This document shows positions 1-9,934 of a stretch of 64,000 nt of DNA, piece by piece. The notes beneath the pieces are model-generated. The model saw only the letters and a program-made list of their open reading frames with translations. It was not told where the DNA came from and ran no database searches. A program made the translations under genes and the position numbers. Source of the stretch: a virus. The stretch covers positions 1 to 64,000 of the IMG/VR virus record IMGVR_UViG_3300037346_000623. One strand, given 5' to 3'. Position 1 is the stretch's first letter; every line of letters starts with the position of its first letter.

Positions 1-207
1 AAATCAGGTCCTGGTGAAGTTGGATATTCGTCACCACCAGGTGCCGGATAAACTCTATCAGGTGCACCTAAATCAGATCCTGGCGAAGTTGGATATACAT
101 CCCCTCCAGGTGCAGGGTAAACTCTATCAGGTGCACCCAAATCAGGTCCTGGCGAAGTTGGATAAGAATCCCCACCTGGGGTAGGATAAACCCTATTTGG
201 TGGACCT
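1..207 (-). repeat. 69-bp (23-codon) tandem repeat, at least 3 copies, truncated by the window edge
   Basis: Units start at 1, 70 and 139 (aaatcagg/atcctgg..gaagttggata...). Differences are mostly synonymous. Confidence 0.95.
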
Positions 208-1664
208 CCTAATCCCATACTTTGTGGATTTGGTAGAGTAGTTTTATTTAGTCCTATATTGGCACCACCCAATTGTGAAAGGAAATTTTGAGCGCTATTA
301 AATGAAAGGTTGGATAATAATTGACTAGGATTAAAACTGTATGCATTACCAAGAACAGCCTTATCTAAACCTGCTACGTTTTTTGCTAAATTTGCCACAC
401 CCTCATTTATAAGATCGTTCAATGAATTACTAACAAAATTAGTTAGTAATTCACCACCTAAACTTAATATGTCATTTCTATCATCGGTTGGATTAGCCTG
501 CACCGATGATCTAGCGCTATCCCAGCTGTCACCTAATATCAGCGGTTTCCCGTCCAATCTTATATTTGGATATTGATTTCTCATTCTTACCCTACCAACA
601 TGAATTTTAAATTTCTGAGATTCAGGTGTGGCTGATCCTGCTGCACTACCAGCAGAAAGTTCGCTCTGTATAGGTGTACTCTCGCTAAAATCAAACTCGC
701 AATTCTTACATTCAAATACAAGCATAGGCTTTATACCAGATTGATCCTGCTGATCCTTGAGTAGAGAAAAATCATTATCCAATCCAGCCTGATTGAATAT
801 ATTACCAACAAAAGAATTGAAAGAACTAGCAGGATTAAGACTACTTGAACTTCCACTACTAAAGTTACCATTCTGTTGACCTGCAACATCCGATGCTGCA
901 GCAATGCTGCTTCCTGGATTATTACCAGAACCCAGAAGAGATGATAGATTATCTATTGTAGTTAAAGCTGTAGATGACCCCAACAATCTTGAAGTTTTAA
1001 AAAAGTTTCTTATCTCAGAGACAAATATGTACATAGTAAACTTTCTAAGATTTCTAGGTACCAATTCTCTCATGTAATCATAATCAAAGGTTGCTTGATT
1101 ATAAAGATCAGCAAGAGCGGTTACTCTAAGATTCATAGACTCCAGCGTATTAAAGGTTAACGTTTTTCCTGCAGTTCTCTGTACATTAAATGTTGAACTT
1201 GCTTCGGTCTGTGTTTGATATCCACCTCTCGGAACCTTCATAAGTTCATCCAGACCGCTTATCGATTGGATGAACCATGGTGAATTAGTTAGAAGATCGT
1301 TAAAGGTTACTTTAAATTGCCTCATCATGTCCGCTCTTTTTCCTCCATAGGGAAAACTAATTTCTCTTTCCGTTAGATAGCCAACAGCACTATAGTAACT
1401 AATGGTTCTCTGTGTTCTAAATTCATATTGTGGCTGGCCAAAAGGGTTAGTAGCAAAAAAACTATTCCCTGCACCTATCTCATAATTAGTATCTCTAAAT
1501 AACGGACTTGGTGGCAATCCATCCTCAGGATTTATTGGTAATGTACCAAAATCTATAACAATCTTGAAACCAAGATATGTTGGATCTTCATATTGTCCCT
1601 GCTTAGAAAGTTTAAATCCCTTAAGAAATAGACTCCTTTGTTTATCTGTTGCTCCTAATGACAT
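1..1664 (-). CDS. Partial ORF (runs off window start, absent from ORF track): putative tail/baseplate protein with Pro/Gly-rich 23-aa repeats
   Basis: ATG at 1664 gives MSLGATDKQRSLFLKGFKLSKQGQYEDPTYLGFKIVIDF. The same frame at 1-207 gives (LGAPDRVYPAPGGDxYPTSPGPD)n. It lies directly downstream of the baseplate hub-like gene. Function is inferred from context. Confidence 0.7.
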   Translation of the reverse strand, partial: MSLGATDKQRSLFLKGFKLSKQGQYEDPTYLGFKIVIDFGTLPINPEDGLPPSPLFRDTNYEIGAGNSFFATNPFGQPQYEFRTQRTISYYSAVGYLTEREISFPYGGKRADMMRQFKVTFNDLLTNSPWFIQSISGLDELMKVPRGGYQTQTEASSTFNVQRTAGKTLTFNTLESMNLRVTALADLYNQATFDYDYMRELVPRNLRKFTMYIFVSEIRNFFKTSRLLGSSTALTTIDNLSSLLGSGNNPGSSIAAASDVAGQQNGNFSSGSSSSLNPASSFNSFVGNIFNQAGLDNDFSLLKDQQDQSGIKPMLVFECKNCEFDFSESTPIQSELSAGSAAGSATPESQKFKIHVGRVRMRNQYPNIRLDGKPLILGDSWDSARSSVQANPTDDRNDILSLGGELLTNFVSNSLNDLINEGVANLAKNVAGLDKAVLGNAYSFNPSQLLSNLSFNSAQNFLSQLGGANIGLNKTTLPNPQSMGLGGPPNRVYPTPGGDSYPTSPGPDLGAPDRVYPAPGGDVYPTSPGSDLGAPDRVYPAPGGDEYPTSPGPD

Positions 1665-1681
1665 TATATTATGTTATTTTT

Positions 1682-3223
1682 TTATTTATTAAGTACACTA
1701 TTAGGGAAAGACCTTGGTGTTGCACCAGACGAATTAGCTTGCCAGGTTCTCTTGCATAATATTAATTTTTCTCTCATAGCCCCGCTAGGTGTCCAATACA
1801 CCTGCATTCCCATAACAACATAATTACCAGAAAGGAACGAATCCAATGTTGGTTGATTTGTGTTATTAGCTTTATTGTTTGGTGTCTGCCCAACATTTTG
1901 TTGTCTGTTACCTCCCTTACTAACATAAATTGCAACGGGTATAACCTGACCTCTTATTATTCCTGGATAATAAGAAGATAGTTCAACTTCTAATGTTAAT
2001 TTAGTTACATCATTAATGTTTATTAAATTCTGATATTTCGAATGAAGATAATTCTGATGAACACCGGAGCCATCAGCAAATCTATCAAGAACACCAAGCC
2101 ATTCCGTTCTGGTTTCGTCCTTATAAGAATCACTTCTGACTCTACCTTTCTGTAGCATAGTTCCAGTTGAAACGTTATCGGTTGTTATTGATTCTATATC
2201 ATATTTTACATACTTTTTCTTTGGTTCTTCTGATTGTTCTATATCATCATAAAATCCTATATTCGTTATATAGCCCATATTATTTGAATTATCGCCAGCT
2301 CTTGATGTCAGTGTATATCCATTTATAAAAAATGGGGTTATCCCAGATCCCATATAGTTAGTCAGAACCAAAGGTACTGATGTCATCTTTGGTGTTGCAG
2401 TTCCTGGTATAGCAGCATCAGTTTTTGGATTTTTTGTCCCGTATCCAGGAGTAAAATAGCCAACCTCCGTTGATTGGCCTTCAAAAGCAAATTGAGTTCC
2501 AAGATTTACAAAATTAAGATTATAATAAGAATCGATCCAGCAGTCATAGAAACTAGTTTCATCATCTTTATATGCTCTAATCGATATCTCCTGTATAAAG
2601 TCATAATACGAATAATTTGGACATATCCAAGACATTATATCATTTGTTGATTTATCGTTCGTAGAAAAGCCTAAATTAATGTCCTGTGACACTTCTAATA
2701 ATGCATCTATAGATGGCATATTCGGAAATGCCTTTATTCTTTGTTTATATAGTCCAGGGATATAACATTCAGCTACAATATTAAATCTAAAATTCTCACC
2801 CTCCGGGTCGGTTCCACTCTCTGAATATACGCTTGATACATCACCAATGACACTCATTATTAAAAAATCCATTCTAAATGGTTTATAGTAGTTATCAGTA
2901 GATCTTATATAAACTGAAGCTATATCACCATCCTTAGGATAATTTACAGACATAAATATTGTATCAGCAGCAGAAAAAGTAAATGAGATAACGGGGAGAA
3001 ATCCAGTAAGATCAAGATTGAAATTCCTCATAAATCTAGAAACGTTATATCCGTTTATTGAAACATAAGGGGAGTTGAGGCCAGTTGATTTTTCCTCGGA
3101 TGCTCCAGTTTCTCTAAGTACATTCGCATCACTAGATCCATTCGCATTATCTACCTTAACCAATTCATCAAGCTTAATATTATTTATAGCTATTGAATTT
3201 ATTTTTATATCCTTTTCGGTCAT
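1682..3223 (-). CDS. Putative baseplate hub protein (gp27/gpD-like)
   Basis: 513 aa. C-terminal RGQVIPV...LSGNYVVMGM pattern resembles hub proteins, and it follows a LysM/gp53-like gene. Confidence 0.5.
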   Translation of the reverse strand: MTEKDIKINSIAINNIKLDELVKVDNANGSSDANVLRETGASEEKSTGLNSPYVSINGYNVSRFMRNFNLDLTGFLPVISFTFSAADTIFMSVNYPKDGDIASVYIRSTDNYYKPFRMDFLIMSVIGDVSSVYSESGTDPEGENFRFNIVAECYIPGLYKQRIKAFPNMPSIDALLEVSQDINLGFSTNDKSTNDIMSWICPNYSYYDFIQEISIRAYKDDETSFYDCWIDSYYNLNFVNLGTQFAFEGQSTEVGYFTPGYGTKNPKTDAAIPGTATPKMTSVPLVLTNYMGSGITPFFINGYTLTSRAGDNSNNMGYITNIGFYDDIEQSEEPKKKYVKYDIESITTDNVSTGTMLQKGRVRSDSYKDETRTEWLGVLDRFADGSGVHQNYLHSKYQNLININDVTKLTLEVELSSYYPGIIRGQVIPVAIYVSKGGNRQQNVGQTPNNKANNTNQPTLDSFLSGNYVVMGMQVYWTPSGAMREKLILCKRTWQANSSGATPRSFPNSVLNK

Positions 3224-3225
3224 TA

Positions 3226-3819
3226 TTAATTAATAGGTTTATTAAATCCACCACCACCTGCACTAGGTGCAAATATTAAGAATCCATTTTCTTTCATTAT
3301 AGCTTTATCGTCGGGTTGCATCACATTAGGCGGTAAAACAATGTTTGGTTGATTTTTAACTTTCTGTTCAAGGAATTTTCTTCTAGCGTCACTTACCTTA
3401 AATTTTTTGCTCTCCTGATTTTTTTTAAATATTGTATTCTGATTCGTATTTGTGTTGTTGTTAGCAGTAGCTTGTGATTGGCCTATTATTTTTTTACTAT
3501 TAAAAGAATCATCAATAGATTTAGAATTTGGTATAAGTAGGATATTTCCTTCCATCACGGCAAAGGGATTACTTATGCTATTAAATTTCAGAAGTGATCC
3601 TACTCTTCCGTGGTCACCGTATTTTATAGCAGCTATCAAATCTGGTCTCATTTGATAATATTCAGTAACAACAAAAAAATCATCAAGGGCAATCCCGCTG
3701 TTATAATCAACCGAAGATTGGGTGAGATTCCATATGCCATATCCAGGTTTATTATTAACAGGATCAGGATTGAATACGCTTTTATTTTTTGATATGGTAT
3801 CTATAAGAAAATTTGACAT
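3226..3819 (-). CDS. Baseplate wedge LysM-like protein (T4 gp53/P2 gpX-like)
   Basis: RPDLIA..KYG....GSLLKFNSISNPF....G.ILLIP motif. Confidence 0.7.
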   Translation of the reverse strand: MSNFLIDTISKNKSVFNPDPVNNKPGYGIWNLTQSSVDYNSGIALDDFFVVTEYYQMRPDLIAAIKYGDHGRVGSLLKFNSISNPFAVMEGNILLIPNSKSIDDSFNSKKIIGQSQATANNNTNTNQNTIFKKNQESKKFKVSDARRKFLEQKVKNQPNIVLPPNVMQPDDKAIMKENGFLIFAPSAGGGGFNKPIN

Positions 3820-3836
3820 TTTAACTATTTTTATTT

Positions 3837-5684
3837 TTATCTTCCAGGTGAAGCCTGATTATTTGAGGAGGTACCATACGATTCCTGATTGAAAACACTG
3901 GTAACAGCATTCTTAAGTGTTTTGCCATCAACTGTAGCGATAGCATCGTATGATTGTGCATTAGCTGTTGTTGGCATTGATGACTGATACAATCTACCAT
4001 CACCTCTATTAAAAATACTTTCTATCTCACCTCTTTCCCTATCTCTACCGTGCTTTAATGTAAATACTGCTTTAAGTGAGGTTGGAAAATCGTCAGGACC
4101 AAGAGCTTCACCAAAATCAATTTTAACACCGTCGCATATGAGATTTCCAATCATTGCTATAGGATTACAGGGATTACCAACAACTAAATGCCATTCACCT
4201 ATAGGTGCACCTGTTAAAAGACTGGCAGGGAATTGATACGCTTCAAAAAAAGAAGGTGTAAGTGCGGTCTTTAGCAATCTACCAGCAGAGGATCCAAATA
4301 ATTCCTTCATTTCTTTAACAGCAGCACCAAGATTACCGCTAGCTTGCTTGGTTATTACGTTCATGGAATTCTTTAACTCGTCAGCATCACCAAAGGATCC
4401 CTTATTCGGATCACCTGCTGCGGACTTTGCACTGTCTACTGGATTAACCAATTGTTCAGCATAATCTATTATAAATTGGATTGGATCCTTATAAAACATC
4501 TCAAGCCCTTTATTTCCTCCAGGAAATCCAAAAGCTGGGAAATTTGAATTATATCTAAAATCGGGTGTTAAGAAAGAACCATAATTCGTACCTATACTAA
4601 GAAGGTTACCCATTATATCAAGCATAGATGCTTTTGTGTTAACCTCACCGACGGATGTTAAATCATATTCAAACGTGACAGTTATAGAGCCAGAGTTTCC
4701 CCAGCTGAATGGTAAACCAACTCCTCTAAAATGTGTAGAGCTAACAACGTCAACAGATGTCCAGATATATTCACTGAAAAGACCAGCACCCTTATTAGGA
4801 TCCTTCATCATGTCCCTCATCTTCATATATTTAGTATTCTCAAGACTCGTGTTATTGGGATCTGAAGCTATTGCAACAGCATTAGCTATGGCCTTTATAT
4901 TTTTTGCAGCTTCACCATCACCTATACCATTCAGTACATCACCAAGTATTCTAGAAGTATCATCAAGAAATCCCTGGCTCATGGATTGTTGTGTTAAAGT
5001 TGGATCCTGTTCCTTATTTGTCCACTTTATACCTGTACTGAACGATAACAATTCGCTTAATTTATTACCAGTATTTCCGCCAAACCAGGTTACAGCTTGT
5101 GCAACGGGTCTACCAACACCCTCAATATTATAAGCTCCCGACGATTTAAGTGCACCGGGAACAGACAGATTATCCAGAACAGGGGTCGGGAATCTCCTTA
5201 AAGTTATCATATAATTATTAGGAATAGTAGCGTAATATTTACAGAATAGGAAATCTTTCCAATAATATGGTGCTGCCATACCGCCGATTATACTTTTCTC
5301 GAACGCTGATGTGAATCCATTCAATATACTATCGCAGTTAGCAACTATTGCCTCAAGTGCAAACGTTTCTCTAACTAGATGTCCAGCTGAGGGATTCTTA
5401 GATTTTCTGGAAGATACAGCTCTATTATATTCTCTGTTTTCAGATCTATAATAAGCATCAATAAAATTGTTTTCGTGATTACCTAATGAATAGAATAGGA
5501 ATTGCCCATATTTACCAGGTCTTCTTTTTCCAGCTTCATAGAATAGGGTTCTTGCTGTTGGCCCTTTAAATACATTACTGGAACCTATATTACTCCATCT
5601 CTGGACAAGGTCATTTATTATACCCTTGCCTCTTAATTCCTCAAGAGAAGGAGCGCTAGTACCATCATTAATTGTTATAGGCAT
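3837..5684 (-). CDS. Putative baseplate/tail-tube junction structural protein
   Basis: 615 aa in the baseplate cluster. The C-terminal region (IGNLICDGVKIDF...DDFPTSLKAVFTL) is loosely reminiscent of gp48/gp54-type proteins. Confidence 0.35.
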   Translation of the reverse strand: MPITINDGTSAPSLEELRGKGIINDLVQRWSNIGSSNVFKGPTARTLFYEAGKRRPGKYGQFLFYSLGNHENNFIDAYYRSENREYNRAVSSRKSKNPSAGHLVRETFALEAIVANCDSILNGFTSAFEKSIIGGMAAPYYWKDFLFCKYYATIPNNYMITLRRFPTPVLDNLSVPGALKSSGAYNIEGVGRPVAQAVTWFGGNTGNKLSELLSFSTGIKWTNKEQDPTLTQQSMSQGFLDDTSRILGDVLNGIGDGEAAKNIKAIANAVAIASDPNNTSLENTKYMKMRDMMKDPNKGAGLFSEYIWTSVDVVSSTHFRGVGLPFSWGNSGSITVTFEYDLTSVGEVNTKASMLDIMGNLLSIGTNYGSFLTPDFRYNSNFPAFGFPGGNKGLEMFYKDPIQFIIDYAEQLVNPVDSAKSAAGDPNKGSFGDADELKNSMNVITKQASGNLGAAVKEMKELFGSSAGRLLKTALTPSFFEAYQFPASLLTGAPIGEWHLVVGNPCNPIAMIGNLICDGVKIDFGEALGPDDFPTSLKAVFTLKHGRDRERGEIESIFNRGDGRLYQSSMPTTANAQSYDAIATVDGKTLKNAVTSVFNQESYGTSSNNQASPGR

Positions 5685-5701
5685 TATACATAATCTTTTT
5701 T

Positions 5702-6046
5702 TTAAAGATTGTGAATAGTATATTGTATTTCCTCCGGATGTTCGTCTAATAGATTCTCAAGATTTTTAGTAAAATCCTGATTTATATTCTTATAGCACAC
5801 AAGTATACCATCACACTTTGTACTATATATTCCTTGTAGTATTTTCTTTCGAATAGTGTAGTTTATTACAAACTCAGATTCTCTCGTTAGGTTATCCAAT
5901 TCATATCCAAGATCTCTTATTATTTTAGAGATATCAACGACATAAAAATCAGAACCTACAGCAGATCTCTTTTTTGCTTCCTTAGGCGAATATTTAGATA
6001 GATGAATTTTTACTTTAATCTCTTGCATTATCATCATTTGATTCAA
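5702..6046 (-). CDS. Hypothetical protein
   Basis: 114-aa ORF in a co-oriented gene run. The start codon is uncertain (overlaps the previous gene). Confidence 0.7.
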   Translation of the reverse strand: MNQMMIMQEIKVKIHLSKYSPKEAKKRSAVGSDFYVVDISKIIRDLGYELDNLTRESEFVINYTIRKKILQGIYSTKCDGILVCYKNINQDFTKNLENLLDEHPEEIQYTIHNL

Positions 6047-6305
6047 AACTATTCCAATCTTTCTTCATTAGCATCGATTGGAAAGAAGAATACTCTGATT
6101 CTTGCTGTCTATACATGAAGAAATCATTTTCGGATTCCGCTTTATTTTCTTTTTGTATCTGATTATTCTTAACCATCTGAAGATGCAATCTGTGCTTATT
6201 TTTTCCGTCCTCTAGTTTTTCTTTGTTATCAAATATATCCTTCTTCTCTACATTTAATAATCCCATCGATCTCAAAATCTGTCTTCTCTGTCTTCTATTA
6301 CTCAT
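6015..6305 (-). CDS. Hypothetical protein with basic N-terminus (MSNRRQRR)
   Basis: 96-aa ORF in the operon run. Confidence 0.7.
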   Translation of the reverse strand: MSNRRQRRQILRSMGLLNVEKKDIFDNKEKLEDGKNKHRLHLQMVKNNQIQKENKAESENDFFMYRQQESEYSSFQSMLMKKDWNSFESNDDNARD

Positions 6306-6316
6306 AAATATAAATA

Positions 6317-6901
6317 TTAAAGTTCAACGTCCTTAAATCCGCTCTCTGCTCCAAAAACTGAGTCCTCCCTATTATATAAATCCATGCCGACGACAAACTT
6401 AAACAGCTTTAAAAAAAGACCGGGAATAAATATATCCTTTGATTTAACAACGTCATTTGCTGGGATAAAATGAAAAATCGCTTCGATTTCCTGTTTAGAT
6501 CCATCGCCCTCTGCTTTTCCTTTTTCTATACCAGTGACATCAACAGCGAAAGCAGGATATTCCTTATCAACAAATTTATTTCCCGATACAGCTCCAAGAA
6601 AATACCATTTATTATTATCGGAAACATCGTATCCAGACTCCTCCAGTAATTCTCTCTTAGCAGTTGCTAGATAATCAGGATCTTCTTCGTCACAAGTTCC
6701 TGTTATTAGGCTTTGAGTATTTCCTCCATCTCTAAAAAGATTTTTTTCTTTAAGTACACCAACCATTAAAGGTAGTCCCTGATCATCACTTATAAACGGT
6801 AATATCATCACTGTTTCAACTCTAGAAACTATACCAGGTTTATCCTCTCTTTCAACAACGTCAAATTTTGGTGTTTCTAGTAGTATTTTTTCCTTATTCA
6901 T
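6317..6901 (-). CDS. Nudix hydrolase
   Basis: Nudix box G..DEED...ATAKRELLEESG. Confidence 0.9.
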   Translation of the reverse strand: MNKEKILLETPKFDVVEREDKPGIVSRVETVMILPFISDDQGLPLMVGVLKEKNLFRDGGNTQSLITGTCDEEDPDYLATAKRELLEESGYDVSDNNKWYFLGAVSGNKFVDKEYPAFAVDVTGIEKGKAEGDGSKQEIEAIFHFIPANDVVKSKDIFIPGLFLKLFKFVVGMDLYNREDSVFGAESGFKDVEL

Positions 6902-7547
6902 TATTATCTTTTTTATTTGGTTGGCTCTTACTAGTTTTTACTGGTTCCTTTTTCTCAGAAACATAATATGTTTTTTTTATTGAATCCGCAAGTGATGCTT
7001 TTATATCATCTATATCAACACCAGAAAGAACAAAATCTATTATATCCCTTTCAGCGTCCTCAAAAGAGCTTGATAAAACACCATAAAGTTCCTTAGATGG
7101 TAAATTCAACTTAAGCTTTATTGAAACTTCCACTGAATTCCTTTTCTGTTTCTTGAGCAACTTATATATCGGAGATTCCTCGAGTTCATTTTTGGCTGAA
7201 ATTTCACCATAAACAATTGATGTTACACTGGAAGGTTTTGGTATCTCTATGAATTCAGCACTTATACCAATATCTTTTTTTGGCGGTGCAGGGTAATACA
7301 TTAGAAATTCATCAACAAGATTGACATTCATTCTCTTTCCGCTAATAAATTCAACAAAATATGAATCACCAGCATATGCAACATTTTTATATGTCTCAAT
7401 CGCTCCGATGTCATCCCCTTTAATCCATTGAAATTCCATGTTTTTATAAGTATCCATTACTTCGTCGATACTATTAATTTCAGCTAAGTTCATCCTTTTT
7501 GGTTTTTTATTTTTTAACGAAAAAAAATTTTTAATACTTGATATCAT
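6894..7547 (-). CDS. Hypothetical protein
   Basis: 217-aa ORF overlapping the Nudix start, downstream of a GAAAC-type promoter. Confidence 0.75.
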   Translation of the reverse strand: MISSIKNFFSLKNKKPKRMNLAEINSIDEVMDTYKNMEFQWIKGDDIGAIETYKNVAYAGDSYFVEFISGKRMNVNLVDEFLMYYPAPPKKDIGISAEFIEIPKPSSVTSIVYGEISAKNELEESPIYKLLKKQKRNSVEVSIKLKLNLPSKELYGVLSSSFEDAERDIIDFVLSGVDIDDIKASLADSIKKTYYVSEKKEPVKTSKSQPNKKDNNE

Positions 7548-7606
7548 TTATTTAGATTTTTTTCCTCTTTCAGTTTATTGTGACCATCCAAATACAAAAA
7601 GTCCAT
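7544..7606 (-). CDS. Possible 20-aa leader peptide MDFLYLDGHNKLKEEKNLNK
   Basis: ATG at 7606. Its TGA stop overlaps the next ATG (ATGA), just downstream of the promoter motif at 7617-7645. Confidence 0.3.
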   Translation of the reverse strand: MDFLYLDGHNKLKEEKNLNK

Positions 7607-7616
7607 TACATAAACA

Positions 7617-7645
7617 TTGTAGATTACATAATGGAGTTTTGTTTC
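7617..7645 (-). promoter_or_regulatory. Putative middle (ECF-type) promoter GAAAC-N19-TACAA
   Basis: One of 8 intergenic GAAAY-N17-19-TAHAA instances. Confidence 0.5.
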
Positions 7646-7656
7646 GTTATTTAGTG

Positions 7657-8619
7657 TTAATTTACTAAGGTTTCCTGAAATATTTTTCTTATCTTATCTT
7701 CGGGCATGAACGTGTTTACTATATTCTTAAGGTCCTTTAATTTTTTACCATCTTCAATCCTCAATTTCTTCATTTCAGAACTTAGATTCTGTTCATTACC
7801 AGATTTGTAGTTTTGAGAGGTTTGTTCGAAATGGTTATAGATATTATCCCTATCCACATTGTTATCAACGCCTAATGATTTCTTGAGTAGATAATAGAGT
7901 CTATGATTTTTCTTAACATCAGACAGATCAGATTCATCCTCAAGGTTAGGTAGATCGTCATTATAAAAATAAAAATTATGCTTACCGTTTTTACTCTTTA
8001 TCTCAACAGAGGGAGAAGATTCAGCATTATTTTTATACATCTTAAATTCACCGAGAAGCTGTTTATCTGATCTTTTATTTACATCTATTGAAATGTTATT
8101 ATCCAATACAACCGAATATTCATTATCTCCATCCAGCTTCTTAACATCAACAACCTCACAGGGAATCCCAATTATATCCATAATGTGATATACATCCTCC
8201 CTTATGGTATCTACTATATCTCCCGAATATAATTTATCTCTCATCTTGCTATCATAAAGGGATTCTATAAAATCCTCAACTTTAGCTCTATTGCTATCAG
8301 AACTTAGCCATTCGCCATCTCCTGAAATAGAAATTTTGCATGAAGAATCTGAATCATCACTAATCTTACAATGATCTTTGGGAATCCATAAATCGTTCAT
8401 TTTTCTACCTTTATAATTATGGAATGAAAGTCTAATATTTTTCGGGGAATCTTTCGTTAATAGGATTTTTCCGAATGGAGGTGTGTCATTTTCTGAATTA
8501 AATTTTTCAGCTTCCAATTCATATCCATTATCAGATAGTGAATTAATACCAGGAATTTCCTCATATATTTGTAAACTTTCCTCGTTTAAGATAAAATCTT
8601 TGAAATTTAAAATCTTCAT
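7657..8619 (-). CDS. Hypothetical protein with capsid-targeting-like N-terminus (putative internal head protein)
   Basis: Starts MKILNFKDFILNE, similar to the T4 internal-protein CTS MKTYQEFIAE. Confidence 0.65.
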   Translation of the reverse strand: MKILNFKDFILNEESLQIYEEIPGINSLSDNGYELEAEKFNSENDTPPFGKILLTKDSPKNIRLSFHNYKGRKMNDLWIPKDHCKISDDSDSSCKISISGDGEWLSSDSNRAKVEDFIESLYDSKMRDKLYSGDIVDTIREDVYHIMDIIGIPCEVVDVKKLDGDNEYSVVLDNNISIDVNKRSDKQLLGEFKMYKNNAESSPSVEIKSKNGKHNFYFYNDDLPNLEDESDLSDVKKNHRLYYLLKKSLGVDNNVDRDNIYNHFEQTSQNYKSGNEQNLSSEMKKLRIEDGKKLKDLKNIVNTFMPEDKIRKIFQETLVN

Positions 8620-8629
8620 ATAATATCAA

Positions 8630-9076
8630 TTATGATCCGAAGACCACAGTTATTTTAAAATTTCTTGCCTCCGTTGATTTATTCATATCAATTTCAACAG
8701 ATTTAGGATATGATGGTATAAGAACATCATTCTTATCTATTAATATTTGATTATAGTCTATGGTTCTACCCGGTATTAGATCTATATCAAATTCCTTCGA
8801 ATCGTTTGGATAATCATCAACTTCGAAATCAAGTTCCATTGAATTAACAACTATATCCATGCTATCTATACCTGATTTTTTTATAATTAAATTAACCGAA
8901 TAGTCCATAAAAATCTTAGCATCGGAAATATCCTCATATTCTTCAGGCCTGTTCTGTATATCTATATCAGTATATCCAAGTTCTATTCCGAAAGTATAAT
9001 CATTTGTATTGGTTGGCTTTTTACTATCAGTAAAAGCAGAATAATCATAAATTCTTCCCTCGTTTATTCTTTTCAT
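8630..9076 (-). CDS. Hypothetical late protein, start probably MKRINE at 9076
   Basis: The GATATATA motif at 9096-9103 lies inside the track's longer start (9106), which favours the downstream ATG. Confidence 0.65.
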   Translation of the reverse strand: MKRINEGRIYDYSAFTDSKKPTNTNDYTFGIELGYTDIDIQNRPEEYEDISDAKIFMDYSVNLIIKKSGIDSMDIVVNSMELDFEVDDYPNDSKEFDIDLIPGRTIDYNQILIDKNDVLIPSYPKSVEIDMNKSTEARNFKITVVFGS

Positions 9077-9095
9077 TTCTAGAAATCTTTTAGTG

Positions 9096-9134
9096 TATAT
9101 ATCCATTTCGAAAAAATTACAATGTAAATATATA
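9096..9134. promoter_or_regulatory. Divergent pair of putative late promoters (GATATATA minus 9096-9103, AATATATA plus 9127-9134)
   Basis: One motif precedes each of the two divergent genes. Confidence 0.55.
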
Positions 9135-9161
9135 GAGCAATCAAACTTTTAACAGTTAAAG

Positions 9162-9887
9162 ATGAAAAACCTAAGCACAATTTGGTTCATTAAAGAACCA
9201 ATAGACATAGAGCATAAAGAATATGTTCTTTTGGATTACTTAAAATCAATAAGTAAAAATATAAATTCAAAAAATTGCTATCCCATATTACGGGCAGTTT
9301 CCAAAATAGTTAAATCTCTTAATGAGTTTAAGAAAAATAACAAAATAGGGACAGTAATAATTTCACAGTTATCCGACGAGGAAAAGGAATACATAGAAAA
9401 TTTCAATTTTATAAATTTAGAAAAACAAAAAAAGGATCTGATATTAGAAATAATAGAATCATCTCTAGAAATACTATACGAATATTCCGAAATATTTTTA
9501 GATATGCTCAAGGAAGAGGAATCAAAAATTAAAATATTCAAGGTACAGTCAAAATTCAATTCAGAGAAGACAGAACCAATAAATTCTGGTATATTAATAA
9601 TAAGAAATATGGTAACAGATAAAATAATACCATATTATTGGCAGGGTTCGGTTACACTAAAGACAGATCAAGGAAATAAGCAGATTTGTGTACTCAAGAA
9701 AATAATTTTAAAAAATACAAGATATTCAATGAATTATGAATTCATATATCACGAAATATTAGATGAATTCTCGATAGAAAAAAACGTATCTCCTGAACTT
9801 TTTGTTATTGAAATATACGAGGACTTTGATGAAGATTCTGACATATATAAATTAGCAAAAGAAAAATTCATAGAAACAATCACATAA
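9162..9887 (+). CDS. Hypothetical protein (only credible plus-strand gene)
   Basis: 241-aa ORF filling a gap between minus-strand genes and ending at a bidirectional terminator. Confidence 0.85.
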   Translation: MKNLSTIWFIKEPIDIEHKEYVLLDYLKSISKNINSKNCYPILRAVSKIVKSLNEFKKNNKIGTVIISQLSDEEKEYIENFNFINLEKQKKDLILEIIESSLEILYEYSEIFLDMLKEEESKIKIFKVQSKFNSEKTEPINSGILIIRNMVTDKIIPYYWQGSVTLKTDQGNKQICVLKKIILKNTRYSMNYEFIYHEILDEFSIEKNVSPELFVIEIYEDFDEDSDIYKLAKEKFIETIT

Positions 9888-9917
9888 AAAAAGAGAGCTA
9901 TACAGCTCTCTTTTTTT
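9886..9917. terminator. Bidirectional intrinsic terminator
   Basis: A7-gagagct-atac-agctctc-T7 between convergent genes. Confidence 0.85.
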
Positions 9918-9934
9918 ATTCTATGTATATTCTA

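Noticed and set aside
1-207. 69-bp repeats as a CRISPR array
   Set aside because: There are no unique spacers. The units are in-frame coding repeats with third-position variation.
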